Assembly (NCBI GenBank): GCA_014376805.1
Contig: JACMQU010000028.1
Location: 471 to 64,470 of the forward strand
DNA length: 64,000 nucleotides
Source: Bacteroidia bacterium
Lineage (GTDB): Bacteria; Bacteroidota; Bacteroidia; UKL13-3
Direction: 5' to 3'
Part shown: one piece after another, positions 49,130 through 61,081 of the stretch
Layout: each line of letters starts with the position of its first letter
How positions within the stretch are numbered: position 1 is the stretch's first letter
Translations under genes and position numbers: made by a program
Notes under the pieces: generated by a model
Databases searched by the model: none
What the model saw: the letters and a program-made list of their open reading frames with translations, nothing else
Told to the model about the DNA's origin: nothing

Positions 49130-51790
49130 ATGCTTGTGGCTGTATTGCCTGTTTATTCAGCGGCCAGTAAAATAAACACAAAAATAAACAATATTTTTAC
49201 CATATCCGCAAACAAAATAAATTTCAAAAATATTAATCACTCAAAATCAACAACATATATTTTAAAAGATTCAACTAAACACTTGATAAAATCTGCTTCT
49301 GACACATTATCAGCAGACAGTAATTATCTCCCCAGAACAACCTCAGCTATTAAATCGAAAGTAAAATACAGTGCAAAAGACTCCATAGTGTATTCTACCA
49401 AATCTAAAAGCGCTACACTTTATAATGAAGCAAAGATTGTTTATGGGGACCTGGACATGAAATCTGCTCAAATTATTATAGACTTGGCAAAAAATACAAT
49501 AAATGCAAAAGGAGAACTGGATACGTTAGGAAAAAAAATTAACACTCCTATTTTTAAACAGGGCGATGCAGAATATAAAATTGAAGAAGTAACCTTTAAT
49601 TATGAAACCAAACGGGGTTATATGAAAGAATTTAAAACTAAGGAGGGTGAGGGATATATTAGGGGTGAAAGGGTGAAGCGTGATGAATTCAATAATTTTT
49701 ACTTGCGGGATTCATACTATACCACCTGCGATGCAGAGGAACCTCATTTTTATATTGAGGCTAAAAAATTAAAAGTTATACCGGGCAAACGCGTTATAAC
49801 GGGGCCTGCAAACATGGTTATTGAGGGAGTAAGAACGCCATTGTTTGTGCCTTTTGGAGTATTCCCTTTAAAGCGCGGACAACAGTCAGGAATTATTGTT
49901 CCGGTATATGGTTTTGCCGGCGGACGGGGATATTTTTTAAGGCAGGGAGGATATTATTTAGGTCTAGGCGACCATGCAGATGTAGCCATTCTTGGCGATA
50001 TTTACGCTAATTCAAGCTGGCAACTGGGCTCCCGTATCAACTATGCCTACAGATATCGCTTTGCGGGCAGTTTAAGCGCAAATTTTGCTTTAAATCAGGA
50101 TGGGTTACCGGAGGATAAAAATTTCCGCAAATCAAATACCTTTCAGATCACCTGGGGTCACAGCCTTGATCCCAGATCTAAGCCGGGCACTACTTTCAGG
50201 GCAGATGTAAATTTAGTGGGAAATCAATATCTGGCTCAAAATACTTACGCAAATAATAATAACGCTTTTAGCAATAATATCAATTCCAGTATCTCTTATG
50301 GCAAATCTATGGGGAAGGGTAGATATAATTTATCCGCAAATGCGAGGGCTTCTCAGAACACCCAAACAAGAGATCTTTCTATAACACTTCCGGACCTTAC
50401 TTTTACAGTAGGTTCATTTCAGCCTTTTAAACCAAAATGGAAACCAACAGCAGGCAGTTGGCTGGAAAAAATAAGTATAAATTATACCGGTCAGTTTCAG
50501 AATCTGATTAACACCAAAGATACTTTATTATTCAGGCACAGAACTTCCGAAGAAACAAAGGCTTATCAGGACAGCACAATCAGGAATGGTGTAAGGCATG
50601 TTACCAGTGCTCAAAATTCTTTTAATCTTTTTAAATATTATACCATTTCATTAGGTGCAGATTATAATGAAAACTGGACGTTTAAAACTATCAGAAAAGA
50701 ATGGGATACTATGCAAAGAAAAGTTATAGAAACAAACATTAATGAATTTGGCCGGGTTTATCAGTATTCTTTCAGAGCAAATATTACCACCCGCTATTAT
50801 GGCCTGGTTAATTTTAAACGGAGTAGATTAAAAGCGGTGCGGCATGTTTTAAACCCTGATGCCGGATTTACGTATGTGCCGGATTTTAGCCGCCCAACTT
50901 ATGGCTTTTATCAAAAATTTCAATTTGACTCAACCGGAAGAACCAGCGACTATTCAATATACGACAAATCATTATATGGTGGCCCTACTAAAGGCCGGCA
51001 AGGGAATATTAACTTTTCGGTAGATAATAATATTGAGATCAAATGGCTTAGAGGTAAAGATACGGCACAAAAAATAGAGAAAATTAAAATATTTGAAAGT
51101 CTGCGGGCATCTGCCTCTTATAATATTTATGCCGACTCTTTAAAATTAAGTACCATTCCTATTTCCTTCAGGACAACTTTATTTAAAACGGTGGCCATAA
51201 ATGGTGGTGCACAATTAGATCCTTATGTGAATGTGCTTACTGAAACTAATGGTTCAAAAAATTACACAAGGATAAATAAATATTACATTAATGAACAAAA
51301 CAAATTAGGTCTCGTTACGAATGCAAATTTAGGTTTAAGTGCAAGCCTTACACCGGAAATGTTTAAGAAAAAAAACAACCTTAAAGCCGAAGCACTAAAA
51401 AAAGAAATGCAACAGAATGGGTTTTCAGAATTTAAAATTCCCTGGAGTTTGAGCCTTACTTATACTGTTTCATATGACCACCGTGGCAGGTTATCAACTA
51501 AAACCAACACAGAATACCAGCAAAATCTTGAGTTTAACGGAACCATCAGCCCTAGTAAAAACTGGTTTGTAAACTTCAATTCGGGATATGATTTCAGGCA
51601 GAAAAAAATTTCGCACCTGGGCATTGATCTGAGAAGAGATTTGCATTGCTGGCAGTTTACATTTAACTGGACTCCCCTATCTGCATTTGGCAATCAATAT
51701 TTCATTTTCAACATTAATGTTAAATCATCCGTGTTGCAGGACTTAAAATATCCAAAACGTAAAGATTGGTTTGACCAACGGAGAATTTAA
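49130..51790 (+). CDS. Large outer-membrane beta-barrel protein, LptD-like
   Basis: Long beta-rich ORF divergent from the amidase gene. OstA-like N-terminal region (..YSAKDSIVYSTKSKSATLYNEAKIVYGDLDMKSAQIIIDL..). The start is uncertain. I chose the ATG at 49130 (MLVAVLPVYSAAS) to avoid overlapping the amidase 5' end. Confidence 0.6.
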   Translation: MLVAVLPVYSAASKINTKINNIFTISANKINFKNINHSKSTTYILKDSTKHLIKSASDTLSADSNYLPRTTSAIKSKVKYSAKDSIVYSTKSKSATLYNEAKIVYGDLDMKSAQIIIDLAKNTINAKGELDTLGKKINTPIFKQGDAEYKIEEVTFNYETKRGYMKEFKTKEGEGYIRGERVKRDEFNNFYLRDSYYTTCDAEEPHFYIEAKKLKVIPGKRVITGPANMVIEGVRTPLFVPFGVFPLKRGQQSGIIVPVYGFAGGRGYFLRQGGYYLGLGDHADVAILGDIYANSSWQLGSRINYAYRYRFAGSLSANFALNQDGLPEDKNFRKSNTFQITWGHSLDPRSKPGTTFRADVNLVGNQYLAQNTYANNNNAFSNNINSSISYGKSMGKGRYNLSANARASQNTQTRDLSITLPDLTFTVGSFQPFKPKWKPTAGSWLEKISINYTGQFQNLINTKDTLLFRHRTSEETKAYQDSTIRNGVRHVTSAQNSFNLFKYYTISLGADYNENWTFKTIRKEWDTMQRKVIETNINEFGRVYQYSFRANITTRYYGLVNFKRSRLKAVRHVLNPDAGFTYVPDFSRPTYGFYQKFQFDSTGRTSDYSIYDKSLYGGPTKGRQGNINFSVDNNIEIKWLRGKDTAQKIEKIKIFESLRASASYNIYADSLKLSTIPISFRTTLFKTVAINGGAQLDPYVNVLTETNGSKNYTRINKYYINEQNKLGLVTNANLGLSASLTPEMFKKKNNLKAEALKKEMQQNGFSEFKIPWSLSLTYTVSYDHRGRLSTKTNTEYQQNLEFNGTISPSKNWFVNFNSGYDFRQKKISHLGIDLRRDLHCWQFTFNWTPLSAFGNQYFIFNINVKSSVLQDLKYPKRKDWFDQRRI

Positions 51791-51891
51791 ATAAGAAGTG
51801 TTTAATGCTGCGGAATATTCTTTTTAAATGACTTTCTTTGAAAGCGGCTTTGGTTCAGCCTGAAAACATTTTAATAACAAATATATACTTT

Positions 51892-52968
51892 ATGAAATAC
51901 GTTGCCTTAAACGATCTGCATGCTTCCTTAGGAGCTAAAATGGTTGAGTTCGCCGGTTTTAATATGCCTGTATTGTACAACAATTTAATACAGGAACATC
52001 TGGCAGTGCGCAAAAGTGTGGGTGTTTTTGACGTAAGCCATATGGGCGAATTTTATCTGAAAGGTGAAAAGGCACTTGAGCTGATACAACTTGTAACATC
52101 AAATGATGCCGCTAAATTAACTGATGGTAAAATTCAATACAGTTGTTTGCCAAATGAAAAGGGAGGGATAGTTGATGACCTGTTAGTTTACAGGGTAAAG
52201 GAGAATGAATATTTTTTAGTGGTAAATGCCGGCAATATAGAAAAAGACTGGAACTGGATAAGCAAGCACAATACCTTTGGAGTTGAAATGAACAATTACA
52301 GCGATACGCTTTCATTGTTAGCCGTTCAGGGTCCAAATGCCATTAAGGTATTGCAGAAATTAACAGCTGTAGATTTGAGTACAATGGAATATTATACTTT
52401 TAAAATAGGTGCTATGGCAGGTATTAAAGAAGTATGGATTTCTAATACAGGTTACACCGGGGCCGGTGGATTTGAATTATATGTTATGAACAACGATGTC
52501 CGTAAATTATGGGATGCCATTTTTGAAGCCGGAGCAGAATTTAATATTCAGCCTGCTGGGTTAGGTGCGCGCGATACCCTGCGCCTTGAAAAAGGCTTTT
52601 GTTTATACGGTAATGATATTGATGATGAAACCTCACCTATTGAAGCAGGCTTAGGTTGGATAACCAAATTTACAAAAGAGTTCGTAAATAGTGAATATCA
52701 TAAAAAGCTGAAAGAAAACGGTGTAAGTAAAAAACTGGTGGGCTTTGAAATGATAGACAGAGGCATACCCCGTCAGCATTATATAATTAAAGATGCATCA
52801 GATAATATAATAGGTGAAGTAACATCAGGCACACAATCTCCCTCCTTAAGTAAAGGTATAGGAATGGGTTATGTTAAAACAGAATTTAGCAAGCCTGATA
52901 CTGAAATTTTTATTGAAATAAGAAATAAAAGCATTAAGGCTAAAGTGTTAAAGACTCCATTTTTATAG
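51892..52968 (+). CDS. gcvT: Glycine cleavage system aminomethyltransferase T
   Basis: [29 protein letters not shown].., [37 protein letters not shown]. The start is set to the ATG at 51892 rather than the track's TTG at 51838. Confidence 0.95.
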   Translation: MKYVALNDLHASLGAKMVEFAGFNMPVLYNNLIQEHLAVRKSVGVFDVSHMGEFYLKGEKALELIQLVTSNDAAKLTDGKIQYSCLPNEKGGIVDDLLVYRVKENEYFLVVNAGNIEKDWNWISKHNTFGVEMNNYSDTLSLLAVQGPNAIKVLQKLTAVDLSTMEYYTFKIGAMAGIKEVWISNTGYTGAGGFELYVMNNDVRKLWDAIFEAGAEFNIQPAGLGARDTLRLEKGFCLYGNDIDDETSPIEAGLGWITKFTKEFVNSEYHKKLKENGVSKKLVGFEMIDRGIPRQHYIIKDASDNIIGEVTSGTQSPSLSKGIGMGYVKTEFSKPDTEIFIEIRNKSIKAKVLKTPFL

Positions 52969-52995
52969 TTGACAAAGTCAACTAATTTTAATTTT
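52966..52995 (+). terminator. Terminator-like hairpin overlapping the gcvT stop codon
   Basis: TAGTTGAC-AAA-GTCAACTA (8-bp stem), followed by ATTTTAATTTT. Confidence 0.45.
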
Positions 52996-53053
52996 GAATT
53001 TAATTTATTCTATTCAAAAGTAAGAACCTGTTTTTTATCTGATCCTACAATTT

Positions 53054-53800
53054 ATGCAATTTACAATTGAAGTAATCCACTCACCTGCTTTGTTACCATT
53101 TTATAATATAAATGGTAAAACAGTGGTGGTTATTGATATTTTAAGAGCTACAAGTACGCTGTGTGTTGCATTTAAAACAGGTGTAAAAAAAATACTTCCT
53201 ATATCAACTCCAGAAGAATGCCGCATGTTTAAAGATTTTGACTTTATTATAGCTGCAGAACGGAATGCGGAAAAAGTTAAAGGTTTTGATTTGGGCAATT
53301 CACCTTTTGAATATGAAAACCCATTACTGGAAGGTAAGAACATTGCGTTTACCACTACCAATGGAACGAGGGCCATTAAACAAGCTAAAGCCATGGGAGC
53401 TGAATTTATTGTGGCAGGTTCATTTCTTAACATTAACTTCTTATGTAACTGGTTAGTTAAACAACAGCATAATATTATTTTATTATGTGCAGGGTGGAAA
53501 GATAAATATAATCTTGAGGACACTTTGTTTGCAGGTGCTGTTATTTCACAAATTGGTTCAAACTATATTTTAAATGATGATGCGGCTTTGGCTGCTCAAT
53601 TTTTATATAACCAACACAAAAATAACCTGGAAGGAGTGGTAAGACAATCTTCTCATGCACGCAGGTTTACTGCATTACATGCAAATACGGATGATGTAGG
53701 TTACTGCATGCAGCATAACATCTGTGATGTATTGCCCATAATGGAAGGTGAATATATGGTATCGTTTAAATCGCAATTAACGGCTTCTTCTTCATCATAG
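53054..53800 (+). CDS. 2-phosphosulfolactate phosphatase (ComB) family protein
   Basis: 248 aa. VVVIDILRATST, ..GFDLGNSP.., TTTNGTRAI. Confidence 0.8.
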   Translation: MQFTIEVIHSPALLPFYNINGKTVVVIDILRATSTLCVAFKTGVKKILPISTPEECRMFKDFDFIIAAERNAEKVKGFDLGNSPFEYENPLLEGKNIAFTTTNGTRAIKQAKAMGAEFIVAGSFLNINFLCNWLVKQQHNIILLCAGWKDKYNLEDTLFAGAVISQIGSNYILNDDAALAAQFLYNQHKNNLEGVVRQSSHARRFTALHANTDDVGYCMQHNICDVLPIMEGEYMVSFKSQLTASSSS

Positions 53801-55466
53801 GGTTCAGCAATAAACTTATAATTATTACGGCGGCACAACCAATTAAGTTGAACCAAAGAAAAGTGATGCCGGTAAAAAAATAAAGATACAGTACAAATAA
53901 TTCGGCAAATATTGCTGCGTAAAAAGCGGATGAACCCGTTACATTTTTTACATAAAACGCAACCAGAAAAACACCAAGTATAGTGCCGTAAAACAATGAA
54001 CCCAATACATTTACTGCTTCAATTAAACTGCCGAGTTTATTGGCAAACATAGCAACACCTATAGCATATACACCCCATAATGCAGTAGCTGTTTTTGACA
54101 CAAAAAGATAATGCTTTTCACCTGCATCTTTCTTTATCATTCTTTTATAAATATCAACTATGGTGCACGATGCTAAGGCATTTAACTCAGCCGATTTAGA
54201 TTGCATAGAAGCTGCAAAAATTACCGCAATCAATAATCCAATCAGGCCATGCGGAAGGTAATCGATTACAAATCTTAAAAAGATATAATTGGTGTCATTG
54301 GTTTCTGCTTTGGCATCATTGGTTTGCATTAAACCTGTGGCCTGGGTGCGTAAGTTTACAAGTTCGTTTTCATATATTTTTATTTCATTGCGTTCCTGTT
54401 CTATGCCTTGTTCGTTTTTTGTTTTTATAGAATGATGAAGCCTAAATACTGCTTCTTTTTTATGTATCAGATTAAGGGCATGGCGCTGCTGAATTTGTTG
54501 CCATTGCGGTGCATATTTGCTACTTTCAATTTTACTCACTTCGTTGTTGTTAAAAAACAACGGCGAAGGATTGAACTGATAGAACACAAATAACAGCACC
54601 CCTATAAATAAAATCAAAAACTGCATCGGCACTTTTATCAGTCCATTCATTATTAAACCCAGCCTGCTTTGCTTAATATCTTTAGCTGATATATACCGTG
54701 ATACCTGCGACTGATCGGTGCCAAAATAGGAGAGTGCCAGGAAGAAGCCACCAATAATACCACTCCAGATATTGTATTTATTGTTCAGATCAAAATTAAG
54801 ATCAATAATATTCATTTTACCCAGTTTACCAGCAATCTGAACCGCATCGGTCATACCAATACCTACGGGTAATAGTTTTACAATCATCCATCCTGCCAGA
54901 AACATGCCTGTGAAGATGATGATCATTTGTTGTAAATGCGTGTAACTAACGGCCTTTGAACCACCTAATACAGTGTATAAAATTACAATTCCCCCTATAA
55001 CCAGATTAGTATAATAAATATTCCAGCCAAGTAATGAAGATAAAATTAAACTGGGGGCATACAATGTTAAGCCAGATGCAAGTCCTCTTTGAGTTAGAAA
55101 TAAAAAAGAAGTGAGTGCCCTTGTTTTTAAATCAAATCGATCTTCAAGAAACTCATAAGCAGTATATAATTTTAACCGGTGATAAATGGGAAGGAAAGTA
55201 ATGCATAACACCACCATGGCAATTGGTAAACCGAAATAATACTGCACAAAGCGCATCCCGTCTGTATAAGCCTGCCCCGGAGCTGATAAAAAAGTTATTG
55301 CACTTGCCTGGGTGGCCATAATAGAAATACCAACCATAAACCATGGCATGGTGTTATCACCTTTTAAATAACTTTCAATATTTTTTTGACCCCGGCTTTT
55401 ATAGATTCCGTATCCCGCAATAGATACCAACGAGGCAATTAATACTAACCAATCAAGGTTGCTCAT
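53766..55466 (-). CDS. Sodium:solute symporter family (SSF) transporter
   Basis: 566 aa, about 13 TM helices. N-terminal YLKGDNTMPWFMVGISIMATQASAITFLSAPGQAY. The 3' end overlaps the convergent ComB-like gene by 35 bp. Confidence 0.85.
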   Translation of the reverse strand: MSNLDWLVLIASLVSIAGYGIYKSRGQKNIESYLKGDNTMPWFMVGISIMATQASAITFLSAPGQAYTDGMRFVQYYFGLPIAMVVLCITFLPIYHRLKLYTAYEFLEDRFDLKTRALTSFLFLTQRGLASGLTLYAPSLILSSLLGWNIYYTNLVIGGIVILYTVLGGSKAVSYTHLQQMIIIFTGMFLAGWMIVKLLPVGIGMTDAVQIAGKLGKMNIIDLNFDLNNKYNIWSGIIGGFFLALSYFGTDQSQVSRYISAKDIKQSRLGLIMNGLIKVPMQFLILFIGVLLFVFYQFNPSPLFFNNNEVSKIESSKYAPQWQQIQQRHALNLIHKKEAVFRLHHSIKTKNEQGIEQERNEIKIYENELVNLRTQATGLMQTNDAKAETNDTNYIFLRFVIDYLPHGLIGLLIAVIFAASMQSKSAELNALASCTIVDIYKRMIKKDAGEKHYLFVSKTATALWGVYAIGVAMFANKLGSLIEAVNVLGSLFYGTILGVFLVAFYVKNVTGSSAFYAAIFAELFVLYLYFFTGITFLWFNLIGCAAVIIISLLLNPMMKKKPLIAI

Positions 55467-55665
55467 TTATAATGTTCCGTTATAAAATAATAAATTACAC
55501 ACTGGATAATCAAAAACACAATAACAACAATATATAAAAAGTTCCAATGCCCTTTAGTATAGTTGTGTATATGTTTTTCATCCTTTATTTGTACCATTGA
55601 AAAAATATTTTATAAAACATTAACCCGCATCAAATATACTTGCTGTTTCAACTTTTACAAACACC

Positions 55666-57261
55666 ATGAAACCTTCAACTACTTTTCTACTCATTTTACT
55701 TTTACCTCTTGTTACATTAGCGCAGGAAAAGCCACCACCAAACTGGTTCAACCTTGATTACAAATCAGATAGAATCTGGGGAGTTAGTACAGAGAAACTC
55801 TATCAAAAATTTGTTTTTAGTAAAAATGAACAAAAAATTGTAGTAGCCGTTATTGATGGTGGCATAGATATATTTCACGAAAATCTTTCTGCCAATATCT
55901 GGAAGAACAACACCGAAATTGCTGATAATAATATAGACGAAGACAGCAACGGCTATACAGATGATGTTTATGGTTGGGATTTTATTGGTGGTAAAGATAG
56001 CATGGTTGTAGAAGACACCTATGAATATACAAGAATTGTAGGATCATACATTTCCAAAGGTACTCCAGAAAACTATTCACCCGGTTTTAAGGATGCGAGT
56101 AGTAAGGAAGCAAAGCGTTATGCTGCTGCCAAAGAAGCGTACACAATGAATAGTACCTCTGTAAAAAATCAGAAAGCACAGGTAGATGATTTGCTTTATA
56201 CCATAAGTCAATTAGCAAAACAAACCGGCAGTATTGATCCGGATGAAGTGCAGATAAAAAGAATCACTACGTCGGGTCAAACAGAATTGGTTGCTAAAAT
56301 GTTAATGGGCATAATCTCTAAAACAGGCGGTATGACTTATTCACCCATTATTAAAAATTTGACAAATATTTCTGATGATTTAAATAAAATGTTACGTTAT
56401 AACCTTAATTTATATTTTGATCCGAGATCAATAGTTGGGGATCATTATGAAGATATAAATGAATGGCGTTATGGAAATAATAAGGTAGTTGGACCCCGTG
56501 CTACGCATGGTACACATGTAGCAGGAATTATAGCTGCCAGCCGCGATAATAATACCAGCATAAAAGGAATTTGCTCAAAGGTTCAGTTAATGGTTTTGAG
56601 GGTAGTGCCTGATGGGGATGAAAGAGATAAAGACGTTGCAAATGCGATTAGGTATGCAGTTGATAATGGAGCAAAAATAATTAACATGAGTTTTGGAAAA
56701 TCATTTTCCCCCAATAAAAATGCGGTAGACCTCGCAGTAAAATATGCTATGGAAAAAGACGTACTGATTATACATGCATCCGGAAATGACGGAAATGATC
56801 TTGAAAAAGAAAACATCTTCCCAAACCCGCGTTTTGAAGACTCTAATTATACTGCTCCCAACTGGATAGAAGTGGGAGCGAGTGGTTGGAGAGGAGGAAA
56901 AAAAACTGTCGTAAACTTTACTAATTATGGTAAAAAAACAGTAGCTGTTTTTGCACCCGGTGAAGACATTAATTCATGTGTACCTGGCAATGATTATGAT
57001 AGTAAAAGTGGCACCAGCATGGCCGCTCCTGTTGTTTCGGGCATCGCAGCACTCATCAGGCAGAACTACCCCCACTTTACTGCGCTTCAAACCAAACAAA
57101 TTATTTTACAATCTGCTGTAAAATACAAAAGAAAAATAATTATTCCGGGTACCAAGAAAAAAGCACATTTATCTGACTTATGTATAACTGGCGGCATCAT
57201 TAATGCTTATGAAGCTATGATGCTTGCTGAGAGAGTAAATAAAGGCCAAATTAAATTGTAA
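55666..57261 (+). CDS. Secreted S8 (subtilisin-family) serine peptidase
   Basis: Signal peptide MKPSTTFLLILLLPLVTLAQ. Catalytic D/H/S motifs VAVIDGGID, HGTHVAGIIAA, GTSMAAPVVSG. Confidence 0.9.
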   Translation: MKPSTTFLLILLLPLVTLAQEKPPPNWFNLDYKSDRIWGVSTEKLYQKFVFSKNEQKIVVAVIDGGIDIFHENLSANIWKNNTEIADNNIDEDSNGYTDDVYGWDFIGGKDSMVVEDTYEYTRIVGSYISKGTPENYSPGFKDASSKEAKRYAAAKEAYTMNSTSVKNQKAQVDDLLYTISQLAKQTGSIDPDEVQIKRITTSGQTELVAKMLMGIISKTGGMTYSPIIKNLTNISDDLNKMLRYNLNLYFDPRSIVGDHYEDINEWRYGNNKVVGPRATHGTHVAGIIAASRDNNTSIKGICSKVQLMVLRVVPDGDERDKDVANAIRYAVDNGAKIINMSFGKSFSPNKNAVDLAVKYAMEKDVLIIHASGNDGNDLEKENIFPNPRFEDSNYTAPNWIEVGASGWRGGKKTVVNFTNYGKKTVAVFAPGEDINSCVPGNDYDSKSGTSMAAPVVSGIAALIRQNYPHFTALQTKQIILQSAVKYKRKIIIPGTKKKAHLSDLCITGGIINAYEAMMLAERVNKGQIKL

Positions 57262-57589
57262 CAGCCACTTGTTTTAGGTAATTACCAAATGTGTGTTTAA
57301 TAAATTTTAAATTAGCCAAACCCTTATTGTTTACTAATAATAATTGTTCTGCTTCTATATTGCGATTTAAAAAAAAAAGAGCACATCGGAAATAATTACA
57401 TAGTGTAATTAAATGTTTTAAGCCATGCTTTTTCATTAAATAATTTACCAATGATTATTAAAACCCTAAGTTGCTGTTTTTTTTAAACACCTAAGTAAGT
57501 ATGACCAAGGTAATATATATATATTTATACTAATTTGGTTCCATGTAAATATATGTACCTGTTGTTTATTTTCTTACCATAATACCTAT

Positions 57590-59857
57590 TTAGGCGATTA
57601 ACTGTTTCCGGATAATATTTAATGCTCCGCCTGCTTTAAACCATTCTATTTGCTGAGCATTGTAAGTATGGTTAACGAGTATAGATTCTTTGGTACCATC
57701 TGCATGATGCAATAACATGATTAAAGGTTGATCAGGAGCAAATGAACCAAGGTGATCAATATCTATCCTGTCGTCTTCTTTAAATTTATCGTAATCGTTT
57801 TTATCTGCAAAAATAAGTGCAAGCATTCCCTGTTTCTTCAGATTGGTTTCATGTATTCTTGCAAATGATTTTACCAGCACTGCTCTAACGCCAAGGTGGC
57901 GCGGTTCCATGGCTGCATGTTCTCTGCTTGATCCTTCACCATAGTTTTCATCACCAACAACAATAGAACCAATGCCCTGCCCTTTGTAGGCACGTTGTAC
58001 TTTTGGAACCGGGCCATATTCACCGGTTAATTGATTTTTTACCGAATCGGTTTTTTCATTAAAGAAATTTACCGCACCAATTAGCATATTGTTTGAAATA
58101 TTATCTAAATGCCCCCGATACTTTAACCAAGGACCTGCCATTGAAATATGATCGGTAGTGCATTTCCCTTTTGCTTTTATTAACAGATACAGGCCCGTAA
58201 GGTCTGTGCCTTCCCATGCCGGGAACGGATCTAATAATTGTAAACGATCTGAAGTTGGCGATACGGCAATATCAATTATGCTGCCATCTACAGCCGGCAT
58301 TTGGTAACCCGGATCATCAACAGCAAAACCTTTTTCCGGCAGTTCCATTCCTGTTGGTTCATCCAGTTTTACCATTTCACCCTTATCGTTAATTAAGAAA
58401 TCTGTTAACGGATTAAAAGACAAGTCGCCCGCAATAGCCAGTGCCGTAACTAGTTCCGGAGAAGCTACAAAAGCATAAGTATTAGGATTACCATCGGCAC
58501 GCTTAGCAAAATTTCTATTAAAAGAGTGTACAATTGTATTCTTTTCCCCTTTTTCAGCTCCCACCCTTGCCCACATGCCAATACAAGGGCCACAAGCATT
58601 TGCAAAAACTTTTGCACCAATTTTATCAAATGTTTCTAAAAAACCATCACGTTCAATAGTAAATCGAACTTGTTCTGAGCCGGGTGTAATGGTAAATTCT
58701 GATTTGGTTTTAAGGCCTTTTTCAACAACCTGCCTGGCCAGTGAGGCAGCACGAGAAATATCTTCATAAGAAGAGTTGGTACATGAACCAATCAAACCTA
58801 CTTCAATTTTGGTTGGCCAGCCATTCTTTGCTGCTTCCTCTTTCATTTTAGAAATTGGAGTTGAAAGATCAGGCGTAAAAGGTCCGTTTAAATGTGGCTC
58901 AAGCTCTGTTAAATTAATTTCTAAAACCTGATCAAAATATTTTTCAGGATTTTCATATACTTCCGGATCACCCGTTAAGTGCGCTTTGATACCGTTTGCA
59001 AGATCAGCTACTTCTGCCCTGCCTGTTGCCCTAAGGTAACGTTCCATACTTTCATCATATCCGAATGTAGAAGTAGTTGCTCCAATCTCAGCACCCATAT
59101 TACAGATAGTACCTTTCCCTGTACAACTCATGTTATGTGCACCTTCTCCAAAATATTCAACAATTGCTCCTGTTCCACCTTTAACGGTAAGTATGCCGGC
59201 AACTTTTAAGATTACATCTTTTGGAGCTGCCCAGCCACTTAATTTACCTGTAAGCTTAATGCCTATCAGTTTTGGAAACTTAAGCTCCCAAGGTAAACCT
59301 GCCATCACATCGCAGGCATCGGCACCCCCAACGCCAATGGCCACCATACCTAAACCGCCCGCGTTTACTGTATGGGAATCAGTGCCTATCATCATACCTC
59401 CCGGGAAGGCATAATTTTCTAACACTACCTGATGTATAATGCCCGCACCGGCCCGCCAAAAACCGATGCCATATTTATTTGATACCGATGAAAGGAAATC
59501 ATATACTTCTTTATTTTCTGTCTCTGCTTTTGATAAGTCTGTTTTAGATTCAACCTGTGCTGTAATCAGGTGGTCACAATGCACTGTAGAAGGTACAGCC
59601 ACTTTTGGCCGGCCCGCCTGCATAAATTGTAACAGTGCCATTTGCGCTGTGGCATCCTGCATTGCTACCCGGTCTGGACCAAAATCAACATAACTGTTAC
59701 CTCGTTCATATGCCCGAACAGCATTACCCTCTGTAAGATGGCTGTATAAGATCTTTTCAGATAAAGTAAGAGGCCTGTTAACTACCATGCGTGCAGCAGC
59801 TATTCTTTCTTCGGTGCGGGCGTAAACCGCTTTAATCATGTCTAAATCAAAAACCAT
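57590..59857 (-). CDS. Aconitate hydratase (about 755-aa, mitochondrial-like type)
   Basis: [39 protein letters not shown] (Fe-S ligand cysteines). Swivel domain ..[15 protein letters not shown]... Confidence 0.95.
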   Translation of the reverse strand: MVFDLDMIKAVYARTEERIAAARMVVNRPLTLSEKILYSHLTEGNAVRAYERGNSYVDFGPDRVAMQDATAQMALLQFMQAGRPKVAVPSTVHCDHLITAQVESKTDLSKAETENKEVYDFLSSVSNKYGIGFWRAGAGIIHQVVLENYAFPGGMMIGTDSHTVNAGGLGMVAIGVGGADACDVMAGLPWELKFPKLIGIKLTGKLSGWAAPKDVILKVAGILTVKGGTGAIVEYFGEGAHNMSCTGKGTICNMGAEIGATTSTFGYDESMERYLRATGRAEVADLANGIKAHLTGDPEVYENPEKYFDQVLEINLTELEPHLNGPFTPDLSTPISKMKEEAAKNGWPTKIEVGLIGSCTNSSYEDISRAASLARQVVEKGLKTKSEFTITPGSEQVRFTIERDGFLETFDKIGAKVFANACGPCIGMWARVGAEKGEKNTIVHSFNRNFAKRADGNPNTYAFVASPELVTALAIAGDLSFNPLTDFLINDKGEMVKLDEPTGMELPEKGFAVDDPGYQMPAVDGSIIDIAVSPTSDRLQLLDPFPAWEGTDLTGLYLLIKAKGKCTTDHISMAGPWLKYRGHLDNISNNMLIGAVNFFNEKTDSVKNQLTGEYGPVPKVQRAYKGQGIGSIVVGDENYGEGSSREHAAMEPRHLGVRAVLVKSFARIHETNLKKQGMLALIFADKNDYDKFKEDDRIDIDHLGSFAPDQPLIMLLHHADGTKESILVNHTYNAQQIEWFKAGGALNIIRKQLIA

Positions 59858-60690
59858 AGTCTTTGTATCATTAAATTATTTATCAATATAACAGTTATGA
59901 AGGCGAAAAGGTGTTGACCCTAAAAATAGGATCAGTTTCAAAAGCCTTTAAAACTGCCGCAAATTAACTGAAACTTTATGAAAATGATGGAGTAATTTTA
60001 CGATATTTTCTAAAAGTCGCAAACAGATCTTGTTTAACTAAATTAATGGTTAATTGTCTTTAAAGTTGTTTGAGGCATCGTTCTATGTTAATTTTTAAAG
60101 CTCTGCTTCACACTTATTGCTTTCCGCCAAACGGGCGGTTAGTGCATTTAAAGAAATCATGCAGACTAAAAATCATTCAATCACGCAGTTTACTTTAGTG
60201 GGCTCGTTTGCGCAGAATAAGTATCTGAAAGCTGATTTTACATCCATGATACAAAAATATAACTATATTTTCCATAATCCAAAGTCATTAACTTCTGAGG
60301 AGTTTGATTAAACCAGAATCATATTTTCTTTCCGCTGCCACAAACAACTTTAATTATCAAACTTTACAGTCCAATATTTATATTTAATTTATGGGATTGT
60401 TCTTGCTCTCTATTCAATTATAAGACTATAATCTTTACGTTCCTCAAATTTAATAAAAGGAAGTACTTTAAAAGGAAGATTTTAAGGAAATGTTATTATC
60501 TAAATGAACTGCATCAAAACTGTAGTTAGGATCAGTTGCCGATTGGGCATATATAATAGCCGAGCAAATATTAATAATACTCATATGGCAGGTAAATGTT
60601 TCATAGATATTAAATTAGACAAAGCAAACCAAAAGCCATTTTTGAATTAAAATTTATTTTATCATATTTGTTAAAATTAAATATTATATA

Positions 60691-60981
60691 TTGAACGCGA
60701 TTGATAATGATATGTGCATGCTGGCCTGTAAAGATTTTGATTTACCTGAATCAACTTTATATGAGCAACTCCATAAATTGTTACAGGAACGGATTGTTTA
60801 TATGCTCAAAAATGACTTACCGGGCCTTTGGAATATCCTTTACAGGATAGATGTAAATGAAAGAAAACTAAAACTTTTATTTCAACTTCCTGATCCAATA
60901 ATAATAGCACCCGGAATAACAGACCTTGTTTTAATGCGATTAAGAGAAAAAGCAGAAACACGCATAAAATACCGGCAATAA
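60691..60981 (+). CDS. Hypothetical small protein (TTG start)
   Basis: 96-aa ORF 100 bp upstream of the desaturase gene on the same strand. No motif I can name, and the non-ATG start lowers confidence. Confidence 0.4.
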   Translation: MNAIDNDMCMLACKDFDLPESTLYEQLHKLLQERIVYMLKNDLPGLWNILYRIDVNERKLKLLFQLPDPIIIAPGITDLVLMRLREKAETRIKYRQ

Positions 60982-61081
60982 AAATATTCTAATCACCCCC
61001 TCCCATTCAAAGTGCTAAAGTGACAAACATCAGTGAAAAAATCTAGCGGACTTATGTAGATTTGCTATCTTAAATTTATTT

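Noticed and set aside
51791-51891. Possible glycine riboswitch in the gcvT leader.
   Set aside because: The 100-nt leader lacks the conserved GGAGAG..CACCG-type cores and any convincing paired aptamer structure.
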